From: Balanoglossus misakiensis
Taxonomy: Eukaryota > Animalia > Hemichordata
Assembly: GCA_040954595.2 (NCBI GenBank)
Contig: CM082576.2
Span: forward strand, 1,557,403 to 1,621,402
Direction: 5' to 3'
Length of the DNA stretch: 64,000 bases
Every line of letters begins with the position of its first letter. Position 1 is the stretch's first letter. Shown here in pieces: positions 17,101 through 30,500 of the stretch. A program made the translations under genes and the position numbers. The notes below the pieces were generated by a model, which saw nothing but the letters and a program-made list of their open reading frames with translations, was not told where the DNA came from and searched no databases.

Positions 17101-20100
17101 TAGAAGGGAAGATCCATCTCCCCTCTACTGTCTATGGTTCAATCAATGCAACTGTAATCAAAGTCAAATGTTTTATTGTCAGAATGCACAATAATGCCGA
17201 ACTTTTATTCTGTTGCTCTGCAGGAAGTGACAGTAGCAGTTGGTGTTAGAGGAGGTACTTTACAACACAGAGTGCCAAAAACTGGTCAGAGCTGGATCAC
17301 TCAGGTAAAATCAAATTCAGTCAGATTTCTCATATAAGGCAGGCTTATTTGAGTGCAGATAAGATGTTGGATTTGTACAAAACTTCACCTGTATTTATGA
17401 TTTCTTCACGCAAATCTGTTTTGTAGTTACATTCTTGAAACTGAAAATTGTGTCATTTCATAATTTGTTCTTTACAGTTGATGGAATTCTTTGATATCTG
17501 GGATGAGGACATTCCTGGCTACAAACCACCAGCCATTGTTACTGAGTTACACACACATCTGTGGAATTGTGCCATCGACTACAGGTAATAATGCCGAAAA
17601 CTCTGTTCTGTGTGAAAAGTGATCTGTAATCAGTGTTTGTAATTATGCAAACAAACATATATTTTACATATGTAAGGTTAAATGTTTTCCCTCAATGTTC
17701 ATATTTCATTATTGCAGACCTTTGTACCTACCAGTAAGATGTCTGATCACAGCAGACAGCTTCAGCATATCAAGTAACATTGTGTATGATGCTCATGTTT
17801 CCCTTCTGAGGTAAGTTTATCTAGGCGTGATGAAAACAATTACTCAACTATTCTGTATGAAACAGAGATTTTTACAAAATGTATCTATGTCATGTTAAAT
17901 GGAAAACCGTCCCTGTTAATAGACTTCACATGGAAAATGAAGGAAAGTGTTATCATATGTCTGATCTTGTGGAATGCGTGTTTTAAATAATAAGATATTC
18001 ACTGAAAAGTTCAATATGTTGATTTTTTCTCCCAACCCAAATGCTAGGTTTTTGATGGAAGATGCTGCTATGTATCTGTCTGATAAAAATAAATCTCCCA
18101 TGGTTGACCTGAAGAAAAGTAAGTTCATATTTCCTGACAATTTACTTACTTTTCCAAACAGTACTGCAGGTTGTTGTCATACATTTTTCTAGATGAGTAT
18201 GTCAGTTGACAAGGATGAAAGACCCTGACAACGTTATTCAAGTTGATAATAATTATTGACTGCAATTTTTCTATGTGATGCCTTTTTCAGATTATGTGTG
18301 TGTAATGGAAATGGGTTTCTTTGAGTTGTCTCTACGAACAAGTGATGGAAATGATCCTGTAAGTCATAGTTATAGTTCTATGTGTATGTTTATATTCATG
18401 TGTATTGTGTGTGTATGTGCACGTGCATGCAGATGCGCACATGTAAGACAGAGAGAGAGAGAGAAAGATTAGTTGACAGCAGCATTTCACAGTGACAACA
18501 AATGTAACCTTCCACTCGAACTTCTTACAGAAATATCCCAAAGTGGATTTGCAAGCATCCAATGACTTGTTACACATCAGGACATGTGCCGACTCATGTG
18601 ATGCTCTCAGGAAGTTGATCGTGTATTTTGCCAATGATGGAGATTTACACCCACCTATGCCCAAGATGCAGTCATCCCAGGGAACAGGCCCAACAACACC
18701 AAAGGTAAGTAGTCAGACATATTAAGAACATTTCTTAGAAGCAATTGTGCTGTTGATAATGATTTCATTAACTTGCTTTTATTTTGCAGCCAAGCCAACC
18801 TGCCCCAGCAGCAGTGCCACTGTGTACCAGTCCTATTCCACAGGGTCATTTTGAACAGATGCAGAATTTAATGGAAGAGGCCATGAAGGATTACTCACCA
18901 ACTAGCTCACTGAAATCAGATGAAAGCTCAGGTGAGCAGATTACTGGAGAGGTGCTTTACTTTGGAACTGAAAAAGAATTTTAAATTTGCTCAGTGAGAG
19001 GAAAAAAGCAGACTAGTTGGGGTTACACCTCTTTAAAAGTGGAAATGGCTTTTGACAGAGAAATACTTATTTGCCTGAACATTGGTAACTCGTTATTCTG
19101 TACACTAAACCCTGTGTACTGTAGAAACCATACTATGCAATTTATACAGATCTCTATTATTCGTGATCAGCTGAGAGATGACAGATACCTGTATCCAAAA
19201 ATGTTTACTTTTACATTGAACTGTATCTATTGTGTTTACCACAGACTCATCATCACCAAAGTCCTCAGTAATGAAAGAAAGTCGCACTGCAGACCTGTTC
19301 CTTTTCCCGGATGAACAAAACAGAACAGAAAAGTCGGTGAGACAAGCATCAAAATCAAGACACAAAGAACAGACACCATCAGATGAAGTCTGTGATGATG
19401 ACGAGTTTTGTATATTAGATGTTCCTGGCATGGGTATCACGGTAAGTTTCTCAATTTGTAGTAAAAGTAGCGTTCATCAATAAGTCATGAGAATCTATAT
19501 ATAACAGCTGTTATAAGGTAAAAAATGATAGTGAAAAGTGGAAGTGCACATTGATATATGGCAGGGCACTTATCTGGTGTACATTCTTTATTTCAGACTA
19601 CTTAAAGACATGAAGTTGACCATAGCAAATGCCTCATGAATTTTTACTGTACCAGTATTAATTTATTCTAAAATCTATTTCAGCCCAGAGATGGTGAGCC
19701 GGAGGTGAAAATCCTTGAAGAGGGTCCAATTGAGGTCAGGAAAAATCACTTCAATGCACCATCTGGCAAGAAAGACATTTTGAAAGCACCCGACCATTTT
19801 CCGCCAGCTGTTTACAGATACACGATCAAAGAAATGGCTTTACTTTGGCATGTGTATGGTGGTAAAGACTTCGAGTCAACATCTGAAGGCAAAGTACCAC
19901 AGTGTAAGTCTGGTTTATCCTTTTTATTATGAAAAGTAATGGTTTTCAAAGTTTTCACTTTTTCGTTTGGATATCAAGATTTCTCTGAATAAAAACAATT
20001 CTGTTCACCACAGCATCAAGGTCAAGAAGCCCAAGTGCCTCAGGAAGTAGAAGTTCAACTCCAGAAAAGACAAAGTAAGACAGCAGTGGTGCTTGATAAA

Positions 20101-23100
20101 CACAGCAGATACATTCACAACATGGCATATTTGTGTTTGCTGATTTCCATGGAAGAAAATTAATGATACAAGCTACAAAGCTAAGTCATTAGCAGTTTGT
20201 GGTGATAACCATATTAAAGTTGGTCACCAGATCTTTGAATAAACTGTTGAATCCTCACATTGCTTGTCAGTGTTCTGATAACCTGGGCAGATGATGAGTG
20301 ACTCACTGCCTGATTTTGTTTGTTTGTATTCTTGACTGTTATTAGACCGAGAAGCAAAAGTGGTTCCCCTTGCTTTGCTGAGAGGAGGGACAGTCGAAGT
20401 AAGTTGAACTGGCAAGGCAGGGGTGGTGTTGGCAGACAACATGATGTCCTCATGGAATTACAGTTGAATAAGGTAAGGCATTGAAAGATATGCATCTTTT
20501 GCACATGATGTGATGCATTGTAGATTATTAATACGTTTGATTATGTTCACAACAGGTACGGATGCAGTATGAAACATACCCCGATGACACAGAGCAAGCA
20601 TCAAGACAGATATTGCTCATCAACGATATTGAAATCCGAGATCGACTGATCCAATCTCAGATCAATAAATTCCTGTATCAGTATGTCTCTGAAGACAGAC
20701 CAAGACAGTCACATGCCAACATGGTGAGATTTTGTTTTGTTTACTGCAGTCAATTCATTTTTGAGTTCAAGTTTATGATCAAGTGTCGTCAGCAGTGATG
20801 GGGGACCGCACATATCCTAATCCAATGTCACTATTTTATTTTATTTTGTTTCTATTACCATTCGTCTTCAGTTGATGATCAAAGCGGTACACATTAGACC
20901 AGACCCAGCCTTGTCTCGTGAAGAATGTTGTCTCCGAGTGGCTATTCAACCATTACGACTCAACATTGATCAGGTTAGTGATATCTATGCCTAAAAATGT
21001 TCCATTCAGATTATTATGTAGGTTTTAACCGGTAATTTTCTCTGAGTGTATTTATACAGTCAGTTATAAAAAAAACATGTCACATGTGGTTGACCTTGAG
21101 CTGAGTTTTTTAAAACTTTTCCTCCACTGATTCTTTTCTACTGCAGGATGCTTTGTTTTTCCTGAGAGAGTTCTTTTCAGCTTTGTCAGAAGGTGTCATT
21201 CCAGACTACTCCCCTGGAAATATACCTACAAGTAAGAACAAGCAGTTTTCAACTTGGAGTTGTTGTGAATATTGCAGTCACAAATTTAAAGGATATTGCG
21301 TTTTAAGTAAAGTGGCATGGGTAGTTGTAGGGAAGCAGGTTTTGTACCTGTGCAGTGCCTGAGTTGAATGTTAACCACCATGCACCATGGTTTGGTCCAA
21401 ATCATTTCAAATGGTGGTGTAAGGGTTAAAACTATAGGGACTCTTACCAGCATGTGTTGGCTAATGAGGCAACAGTAAGAGTAAACCCTTAAGAACCATG
21501 TTGTTATTTTTGACGTGAAAATCTCTTTTGATTCTTTACTGTACAGACACAATGCCCAATGTTGATGCTGTGTCCAGCAGTCCTGGGAGATCACCGTCCT
21601 CACCATACACAAGCTTGTCAACAGATGAGGAGCCAGTTTCATTAGTTTCCAACAGTCCTAGTGATGTTAGTGATATGGATGCCAGTGGATGTTCTAACAC
21701 ATCTACTGCAACCTTAGTGCAAGAGAGCGAGAGATTGGAGAGATCAGATCGACTTGAAAGGCCACAGGCGCCAGCATCACCACCAGTTTTCTACAGGTAA
21801 TTGACTCTGAGGATGTTCTGACCTAAAAGTGTTCAGATCCCCTAACCACCTCATATGCTGAGAAATAAAAGTTTGATCACTACAACCCCCACCTCTGTGG
21901 TCCAACAACTTCATGAAAGGGGGGGGGGGGATAAGGAAGCTAGGAGATTATTGTTCTTCTAATATCTTACAATGATACATATTTCATCACATTTTACCAG
22001 AAGTAAAGTCCTTGATCAAGTTTCAGTGATTTGTGCAAGTGTGAGCAAGGACTCATTGACAGTCAGTACATGTATCTGTGCTGGGCCATGTTTTTAACAA
22101 CCCATGATGTCATTTCTTGAATCGGATTAATTTCTTGTCATGTCCAGGTCATTCATCTTTGCACCAGAGGTTCCTATCAGATTGGACTACCAAGGCAAAT
22201 ATTTAGCGTTGGAAGAAGTGAGTATATCATGTCAGCTTTAAATCAGTGTCTTACCTCTTTGTAGAAGTCAGTTTTGTGTCTGAGGTAACCAATGTGAAAA
22301 TTAGACTTATAAGACTCTCCCTTGCAATAATCTGTCCTTTAATATAATGTCTGCATTTACCCACAATAGTTTTGATGATCTGTATTTCCGTATCCCATAT
22401 CAAGTAAGTTTAATATCTTGATGTTGCAATTTCTACAGGGTACGTTCGCTGGCTTACTTATTGGTCTTGCCCAGTTGAACTGTTCTGAATTGAAACTACG
22501 TCGACTTCAGTATCGACAAGGGTAAGTCAGACATCATTTCTGCTCAAGTCAAGTTTGAGTGCTACTGCACGGAAGATCATGAAATACCTCAGTGATAATA
22601 AACACTAGACATCATCATCACCATCATCCATGTTATTGCAACTGTTTCTCATAGGGCCCGTACGTGTTTGTCATATCTTTCAGATTATTAGGCATAGACA
22701 AAGTTGTCAATTACACCATCAATGAATGGTTGCAAGACATCAAGAAAAATCAGTTGCCAAGTATTCTAGGAGGTGTTGGTCCAATGCATTCACTCGTGCA
22801 ACTTGGTAAGTTACAAGATTTGTTGCTGTATTGACATAAACATTAACCATCAATTTCTGATCTGAAATGGCCAACTGACTCCAATTTTTGGGGGTGAAAT
22901 ATAAATTTCCTCTTCCAAGACAATCCCTTTTCTGTGCTCTTCCCGCAAGATGACCATCAAGAGAGGTAAACAGTGGTAACCATTAAACATTCTTTTGCAG
23001 TTCAAGGAATGGTGGATCTCGTCAGACTACCCATAGAGCAATATCAGAGAGATGGTCGCATTGTCAGAGGATTGCAAAGAGGTGCCCACTCATTTACCAC

Positions 23101-23974
23101 GTCTACTGCAATGTCTGCATTAGAACTGACCAACAGACTTGTGCAAGCTATCCAGGTGGGTTCTATATTTAATCTGCATTATGAGGTAGCAGAATCTTCA
23201 TTGAAATTTCAATAAGTGGTTTAATTGTCATAATGTGTGTACCAGTAATTGTTAGGCAAGACAGAATGCTTTTCATGTCCCAGTCATGTAAAAACACCAC
23301 ATCTCTCCTTGTCTTCTGTTCTGTCTCCTTCCACATCATTTCCTTACAATTACTGTCAACATACTCTCTGACTCGCATCATCTTTCTATTATTTCACGTT
23401 CAGTCTGTAGCAGAGACAACCTATGACATGGTATCCCCTGGGCCCAGTGTATCCAGATTTGCACAAGGCAGTGGTGTTCAATTTGTGCAGCATAGATTGG
23501 CACAGCAGCCAGCTGATCTCAGGGAGGGAATCTCAACTGCATACAAAGTTGTCAGAGAAGTAAGTACTCATTTGGCTGTTAGAATCCATAGCAATTCATC
23601 AAGTGATCTTGCCCGAGGATGATTTGAAGTCACTTGGTTATGCATGTAACAGTACCAGATGCTAGATCAGTTTCCTTCATAAATGTTATTCAAGAAGTGT
23701 TTGTTCTGTGTCTTGAATATTGTTTCTCTTTTGATGATTGCAGGGCCTTGGGGATACAGCTGGAACCCTTGTGCGTGTTGCTAGGGAAGAACATGAACAC
23801 AAAGGTGTCTCTGGTGCTGTTGGTGGAGTTCTGCGTCAAATTCCACCCACTGTAGTCAAACCACTCATCATTGCTACCGAGGCAACATCTAGTGTTCTTG
23901 GTGGTGTGCGCAATCAACTCAAACCAGATGCCAGGAAAGAAGCCACAGAAAAATGGCGATTATTAGAAGATTAA
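8102..23974 (+). CDS. ATG2: Autophagy-related protein 2 (ATG2A/B homolog), many exons
   Basis: N-terminal chorein motif MPWYFPWPEYIKKRACRYLLQHYLGNFLQEKLTLDQLSVDLYNGKG. Internal matches include RFPIPDLRP, IYNRLLNDLLLWEP, IRTCADSC and EIRDRLIQSQINKFLY. C-terminus reads PIEQYQRDGRIVRGLQRGAHSFTTSTA...GVRNQLKPDARKEATEKW, with stop at 23972-23974. Confidence 0.96.
21371..21429. mobile_element. Degenerate, internally deleted copy of the TTAA-ended MITE
   Basis: Reads TTAACC..CACCATGGTTTGGTCCAAA...GGTGGTGTAAGGGTTAA, resembling the copies at 4301 and 27229. Lies in an ATG2 intron. Confidence 0.4.
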
Positions 23975-26749
23975 TTTACATGTGAACTTTTTATTTTTGA
24001 TGACACCTGGTCTGAAATGGGATTGCAACTACAGATATTAACAGAGATTTTTCCCCCATATTTACTATTTCTTCTCAAAGCATGAAGCTTCTCAGCGCAG
24101 TATGTAGATGTGCATTGAATTGTCAACAATGATAGTACATGTATTGCTATCACCAATACAGGTTGTATTGACCAGCCAAATTTTCAGAGAAAAAACTGAA
24201 ATTATCAGACATCCCAGCAATTTGTCTTTAATTTAGTACTAGGTAATTTAGGTAGCATTGCATGCAATTGTTAACTATTTACGTGTGATAAGTTTTCTCT
24301 ATGGGTGCAAAATTGCATTCTGTGTCATTTCTACAATACCGAGCTTGCAATTTTAAGTTGATACATATAAGTGAGAAACACACACATACACTGATTAGTG
24401 TTATGTGTTGCTTTGTATTATTGTACCTTGTATTAACACATCTCATCTGTTTTCTTAGCTTTGATTGGTCGAATCACTGTCACATGAAGTTCACCAGCTT
24501 TTACGCTACTACAGAAAAGAAACATGTTATCAAGTAAGAGTTTCCAAACTAGCAGGCAACAGTCTCAATGATTGTTATCTGGAAATTGTCTGTGCAAACG
24601 GAAACCTAAAAAATTCTCAAAATGAAGATGTCTGTATGGTCTACAGACAAACTTATATATCAACTTGAATTAATACTACTAGGGGTAGGACACATACTTG
24701 ACTGGTCATGTGAGTAATACAACATGACATCTGTTTCAGTGTGGGTCTGTGCGTCAACCCACAATGGGGAGATAGGTGTACGCTGTTAGCCCTGTAGTCA
24801 ATGTTTGTGTAAAAGTACCACAAATGTTTTTATCAATGTTGCCAGAAATAATAATTTTAACCTGAACTTTACCAAAAATTAATTTTATAGTCCTGTCAGT
24901 AATTGCTTGAAGAATTCTGGCAAAATACAAATAAAACTGCAATTGAATCAACCAGTGTTTTAGTATAATAATATTTACAGATTTTAAGTACAACTCAAAA
25001 CAGTAGACTGAGTAGTGGTACATCTTTATTACATATCTTTTGGCTTCATCACTATTACTCATGGTTTCTATTTACTTGTACTGTTAGTTCTCTCCATGTT
25101 AGTGAATACTGCAAATTTCTTTATGCTTGAAATATCAATACTTGTGTCTTCCTTCTTTGTCGATGAAACAATGATGGTGAATGTGGATGATGTGATGCCC
25201 AATTATTTCGGTCTCACACTGAACAGAGTCTGTTGGAGGGTCATCTGTGTGTGAAGCCATGGATTGGTATTGGCACTTCTTAAAATGTAAAAGTAGATTC
25301 AAGTCAAATGCACCATGATGTAGATATTCACATCAATTTTAAGATACAATCAAATGGGCCCTTTTTTGTTTTCTTTCTTGTGCATGGCTGTTTACTTGGA
25401 ATTGCTTCATATATTTGTAAGTTTGTACAGGACCTGAATAATATTTAATGGAATAGTGTTGTGCAATATGATGCAAGAGGGACTCTTTACTAAGTCACTG
25501 ATGTGAACCCACTGCAATGACGGTGAGGTAAACATAGCACAGGGTCTTACAAGCACATTTCATTGGAATGGTAACATAAACTGCAGCATGACAAAAGGTA
25601 GCGATGTTTTCATGTCTGCTGTCATTACTGAAACTTGTACTTTGTATGTCTTAACCAGTGTCTTGCTAAACTGGTGATGAGACATTGTGTGCTGTGATTC
25701 ATATACATGTATGCATGTTAGTGTTGTTCTGTGTTACACATCAAGAACTGTGGTAACAACCATTTTGTTGAATGGTTTATGATTGCAGGAAGTAAATCTG
25801 TAGAACAGTGACTTTATTACCATGCAGTCTCATTTTTTGCCAATTTCTGAATTGTGATTTTCAAGTTTATACACCAGGGGACCTTGAACTTGAACACTGC
25901 TTCAATTTCTGTGAACTTCTTCAATAAATGAGACCTGTATTCAAATAGTAAAATACCTACAAACAAGATACTGTATTAAAGAAAGAGAAGTAAAGTAATA
26001 TGTTATGTCATTGTGATTGCCTTGACCTACAATGTACATGTGTGTAGCCAAACTCAGAAAAGGTCCATGCATTATATGGTGTGTGTATGTGTGTAATCTA
26101 CTCAGAAATGGGTATCTGTATCCAAATGTAGCTAAATCCCTTCAAGCACTGAAATAGATCCAGCTATTCAGATATGTTTGTTGTATTGTAACACAAAGTT
26201 TATGAAAATCAGCATGATATTTTTCAGGATGATTGACTGTGTGCAATCCATATAGTTATTGTACATTTAAGTCACTTTAATTTATTTCAGACCATTTTAT
26301 AAGATTATGTATGGGAGCCACTGTGCATGGTGATGTTGTACAATAAAACTACAGTGTTTCAGTTTTATCAACTTTATATGTGGCAAAAATATCCTGAAAC
26401 TACTATGATAGAGCTGAATTATCAGTATACTACTACTACTATTATTATTATTAGCTATAATAGTTCAGATTATTTATCCATATAAAACCAAAGAGAGTAT
26501 CAAGACCAATACAATGCAAATCTTCAGATATTTTATTCATGTACCAGAAACAGGTTTTTTTCAAAGTGAACAGTTCTCTCTAACATACATAACGCATAAG
26601 CAAGCATGACTGCTTCTTGTATGAAATTATAAATTGTGAATATATATAGAGAGCCATGGGACTTTTATTTCATCAATCTTCTTCTGGAGCCCGTTTCAAA
26701 TCGGACTCACAATCATGCTTATTTGAAGCCTAATCACAAAGCGATGGTA

Positions 26750-27150
26750 TAATACGCCATCCTCGAAATCTAAATATTCATGATGAGAGGCAGACACTTC
26801 CACCTGGACAGACGTCATTTCTCGCACAGTCAGCGTCATCACGGGCATCGCTTGCTTCTGACCCACGTTGCTGCCACAGGGCAAACCAAGCCTAGCCTCC
26901 AGCTACGTTTGTACAGCGCCATATACAACCTTCCTCGTTGGCAACAGTCAGCTACGCCTGCACTGGGTTAAACCACAGCCACCAGAACCATCTGTAGAAG
27001 ACCCCAGACATGACCAAGGATGCATGAAGATAACACTCAGGTACGACCTTCACTTGCATGAGTTTCGCCCTTTCTTCGTGCATCCGTCACACAACCACCT
27101 GTTCGTTACACGCAGACATGGTACTTGGTATTCTTTATAGCACTTCTTGT
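26750..27150 (+). mobile_element. Probable decayed non-LTR retrotransposon (LINE) reverse-transcriptase C-terminal remnant
   Basis: GC/CpG-richer island between convergent 3' ends. Frameshifted pieces (FHLDRR.F.H, SLQLRLYSAI, QNHL, LRYDLHL..F) resemble the thumb/C-terminal region of Jockey/I-type RTs. No intact ORF. Confidence 0.35.
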
Positions 27151-27228
27151 TGCATGGTCGGTAACACGCAGGAATTCCCCACACCGTCAGGTCCAATGAA
27201 TTCTACTCGACCGGTTGGTCGACCTTAC

Positions 27229-27320
27229 TGAACTCTTTCACTCCCAGTTCTCTCTTAGAGGTCCAACCTTACCATAGAAAACGATGGGTTTGAACTGAAC
27301 CAAGGTGGTGAAAGGGCTAA
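27229..27320. mobile_element. ~92-bp MITE with degenerate TTAA-CCCTTTCAC-type terminal inverted repeats
   Basis: Left end tgaactctttcac and right end gtgaaagggctaa are imperfect inverted repeats. The right half matches 4301-4347. Confidence 0.6.
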
Positions 27321-27576
27321 AGCCCCATTAGTATAAACTAATTTTTAAACCATAACCATAAAATGCTCTATCTGAACGCTAGAACTAAAATCGGACTCGG
27401 GTGCAAGGAGTTAGTAATATATTATTAATATCCAAATGGACGAACTATGCATTTTAGTTGTCTTTAATTTTAGCTCACATATTTAAACTAATAGAAAAGA
27501 AAAAGTAGTGTATTTTCAGGTTAACATCTGCAAGTTTTACGAGGCGTAACCAAATGATGATAATACATCGTTACGA

Positions 27577-30500
27577 TCATTTTTCCCGAAGCGTTATGTA
27601 ATTCTGACAACCGTCTTTAGGTTTCAGTGTTCCAACATTTATGACATCGTATGACTGACTAGGAGCCCAGGAGAAATCAAAGACCTGTAACAACTTGCAT
27701 AAAGTCACTTTCGTTTCGATCTGAAATAGGGCAGAAATTCATTCGTCAATGTTTTCCTAACAATCACGATGTTTGTGTCATTTGAAATGGTCTGTACCCA
27801 GTCAGCATGTTGTTATGTCTTGTGACATTTGGTTTCAGAGAGAGACGAAACTGTACAACATACGACAACAGAAGTAAAACAAATTGATATTAAACATCCT
27901 TACCAGAGCAAAATGTTGACCAATGCAATTTCTTGGGCCGAATGAAAATGGGATGTGGGCATGTGACTGTCTGTAAAAAATATCAAACAAAAATCTTCTA
28001 TTTGAACAACTTGGTTTAACATTTCCAGGGGCAATTTGGCACTTCGAACATTTTATAAATTCACAAAAAAGTAGAGTTAGAAACTAAATAACTTTCACAT
28101 GATGAAACCTGAATGTCAAAATGACAAAACTAGAGTTGAGTTATAACTGGAATTCGAGCAGAGAGTCATAAATGCAAAACTCACATTTTACTGGCGTCAC
28201 TGAACCTGTCCGGATTAAAAGTAAGAGCATCTTCAAAATATTCTTCTTGTCTGGCCAAGGCGAAAATGTTAACCTGGACAGGTAAGAAAGGCGTTTTAAA
28301 TTGAAGAAAATTTGGCGGTACCTGCACGGTATACTTATTTTTGTTAGAAAAGGCATGTCATGTAAATCAATCACTCTGGCACACGTGAAACACCTGGTCA
28401 TTGTAATGAACGAACTTTGATTTGTTAACAAACTGTTCTATTACCATGAGAAGAGAATTACTGGGTACTCTGATACCAGACAAGATCTCCTCTTTCTCAA
28501 TCATCCGCATCACGGCAGGAGTGGGAGGCCACATCCGTAGGGTTTCCTTGACAACCTGGAGCCAAAGCATATCCACAGTAAATCCTACTAATCAGAACCT
28601 GATTTTAGATAAGCGACAGTTATAATGACATTGTGGACATATTAAGTGGGAATAGAGAGGCATACCTGAGACATGTAAGCAAGTTTAGCTACGTCTTCAA
28701 ATTCGACGTTCGTTCTTCCTCCCAAAACATTCTTTATTTCCAGTCTCACTCTGATAAAAATAATACCACAAATTAAAATGCTCTTATCATGTGAAAGAAG
28801 ATAAACCTGAATCAGTGACACATTATATCCGCTGGTGCCATTATTCGATGCCATATTGTCTCATTGGAGACTGGTCGTCATCAACAGTGCAGAGTGACTC
28901 CACTTTTTATGACGTTTCAAAATGTCCCCGACTTGTCTTGCCTTTCTTCCCAGACGACCCTTCACAAACAACGCAATGATCATTGTGACAAATAGTCTAT
29001 AACTTCTTGGGTGACATCTTTTATGGTTTCCCATGTCCACTTGAAATAACTTTATAACAAGTTGTGCAAAATGTTACAACAGATCAAAATATTACCTTTC
29101 CAAGATTTCCGGATGTCTGATAAGTTCCATGAGTGTCAATGCTATCAGATTGGCTGTTGTTTCTTGGCCTTAAAAGTAAAAGAACGACAGAGGGAAACAC
29201 AATGTCGAGAGTCAAATTCAACTTCATCAACACTTATTCGAACTCAGAACAGCGAAAGTATCTCCAATATTTGGACACTCAATAGGTCTTATTGATTAAG
29301 AAGTGGTCTGAGATGAAATTTTCAAGTGTTTTTCTTGAATGTTTTTCTATTTTTGTATATAACGAGCGTCGATCACTATGATTAAAATTAGAGACTTTAA
29401 GAGGACGTAAATTATGTACCTACCAGCGATGTAAAATGTCACAAAGTCATCTAGGATCTCTTCCATCTCAGATTTGTTACCCTGTAGGTTATCTGCACAG
29501 AAATATCAAGAGACATAAAGACATGCTAGCTATTGTACTTTTACTCCTGGCTGTCACCGAAATCTCCCTCTTCATGCATTTATGTTTCTACGAGGGAAAA
29601 GGCATCTTGTTCAGAAACGTCACGTAATCGGCTACAACTCTAGCAATCGGTCCTCAAATTCGTGTTGTACCTGAACCTTTGATTAGAAGCTCCAATAGAT
29701 CGTCTCTGTTCACGACTTCCCCTCTCAATCGCGCGCCAATTCTCTTCTCCACCGCGGCGCGGCCGGTCTCACGATGCAGCCGAACACTTTCCCGTACTTT
29801 CCGTCGGAATTCTCTGCTCCAAGGATTGAACTGAAGCAATGAAGTGAATAAAGCAAGTCGTTAGTCGTGTTTGGTTATACTGTTCATTTACAATTTACAT
29901 TTGCGAATTTTGGGAAACATTGGAATAGTTTGAAGAAAGGTAAAGTGGATAAAAACGTCAAAGTAAACATTCAAGTAAATGACTAACAAAACAGAAAGTA
30001 TAACCATAAGACACTTTCCTAAAAAAATAAAAACAAGAAATGATTAAAAATCGATATATTGAGTAAAGAAATGACATACATCATCAAATGGTTTCTGTGC
30101 GGCCCTTGTAATTCCCGTTAAAACCATTTCATTGGCATCCAGAAATGGGTTCTTGGTCTGAGCTATCATGTTGCAATCAATACCAAACGCCACCTGTTGT
30201 TAAAGAACATGTTTCAGGGGATATATGTACAAATGATAGATAGGATCGTTCTGCACTCGGCGTCCAATTTCAAGTCACCTGCAAGCCTACTCCCAGTGAA
30301 ACGATTTTCAATATTAACCAAAGTCTTACTTTTCCGATGACATCGATGGTAAGTCTCTGGAATTCCTCCAACATGGTCACAGACGTTTTTCCGTCAGCCT
30401 TCTTCTTTAATTCGTCGATTAATAAGTCTACACTAGCGTTGAATTGCTCCACTGATAGCTTTAAAGAACTTAGTTCATTGTAGAAAGAAACAAAGTTCGT

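Noticed and set aside
26770-27180. Minus-strand Cys-rich frame with clustered TGAs (RCP**R*LCEK*) suggesting a SELENOP-like multi-Sec protein
   Set aside because: The frames are also broken by TAA/TAG, and I see no splice structure or SECIS. A decayed repeat explains it better.
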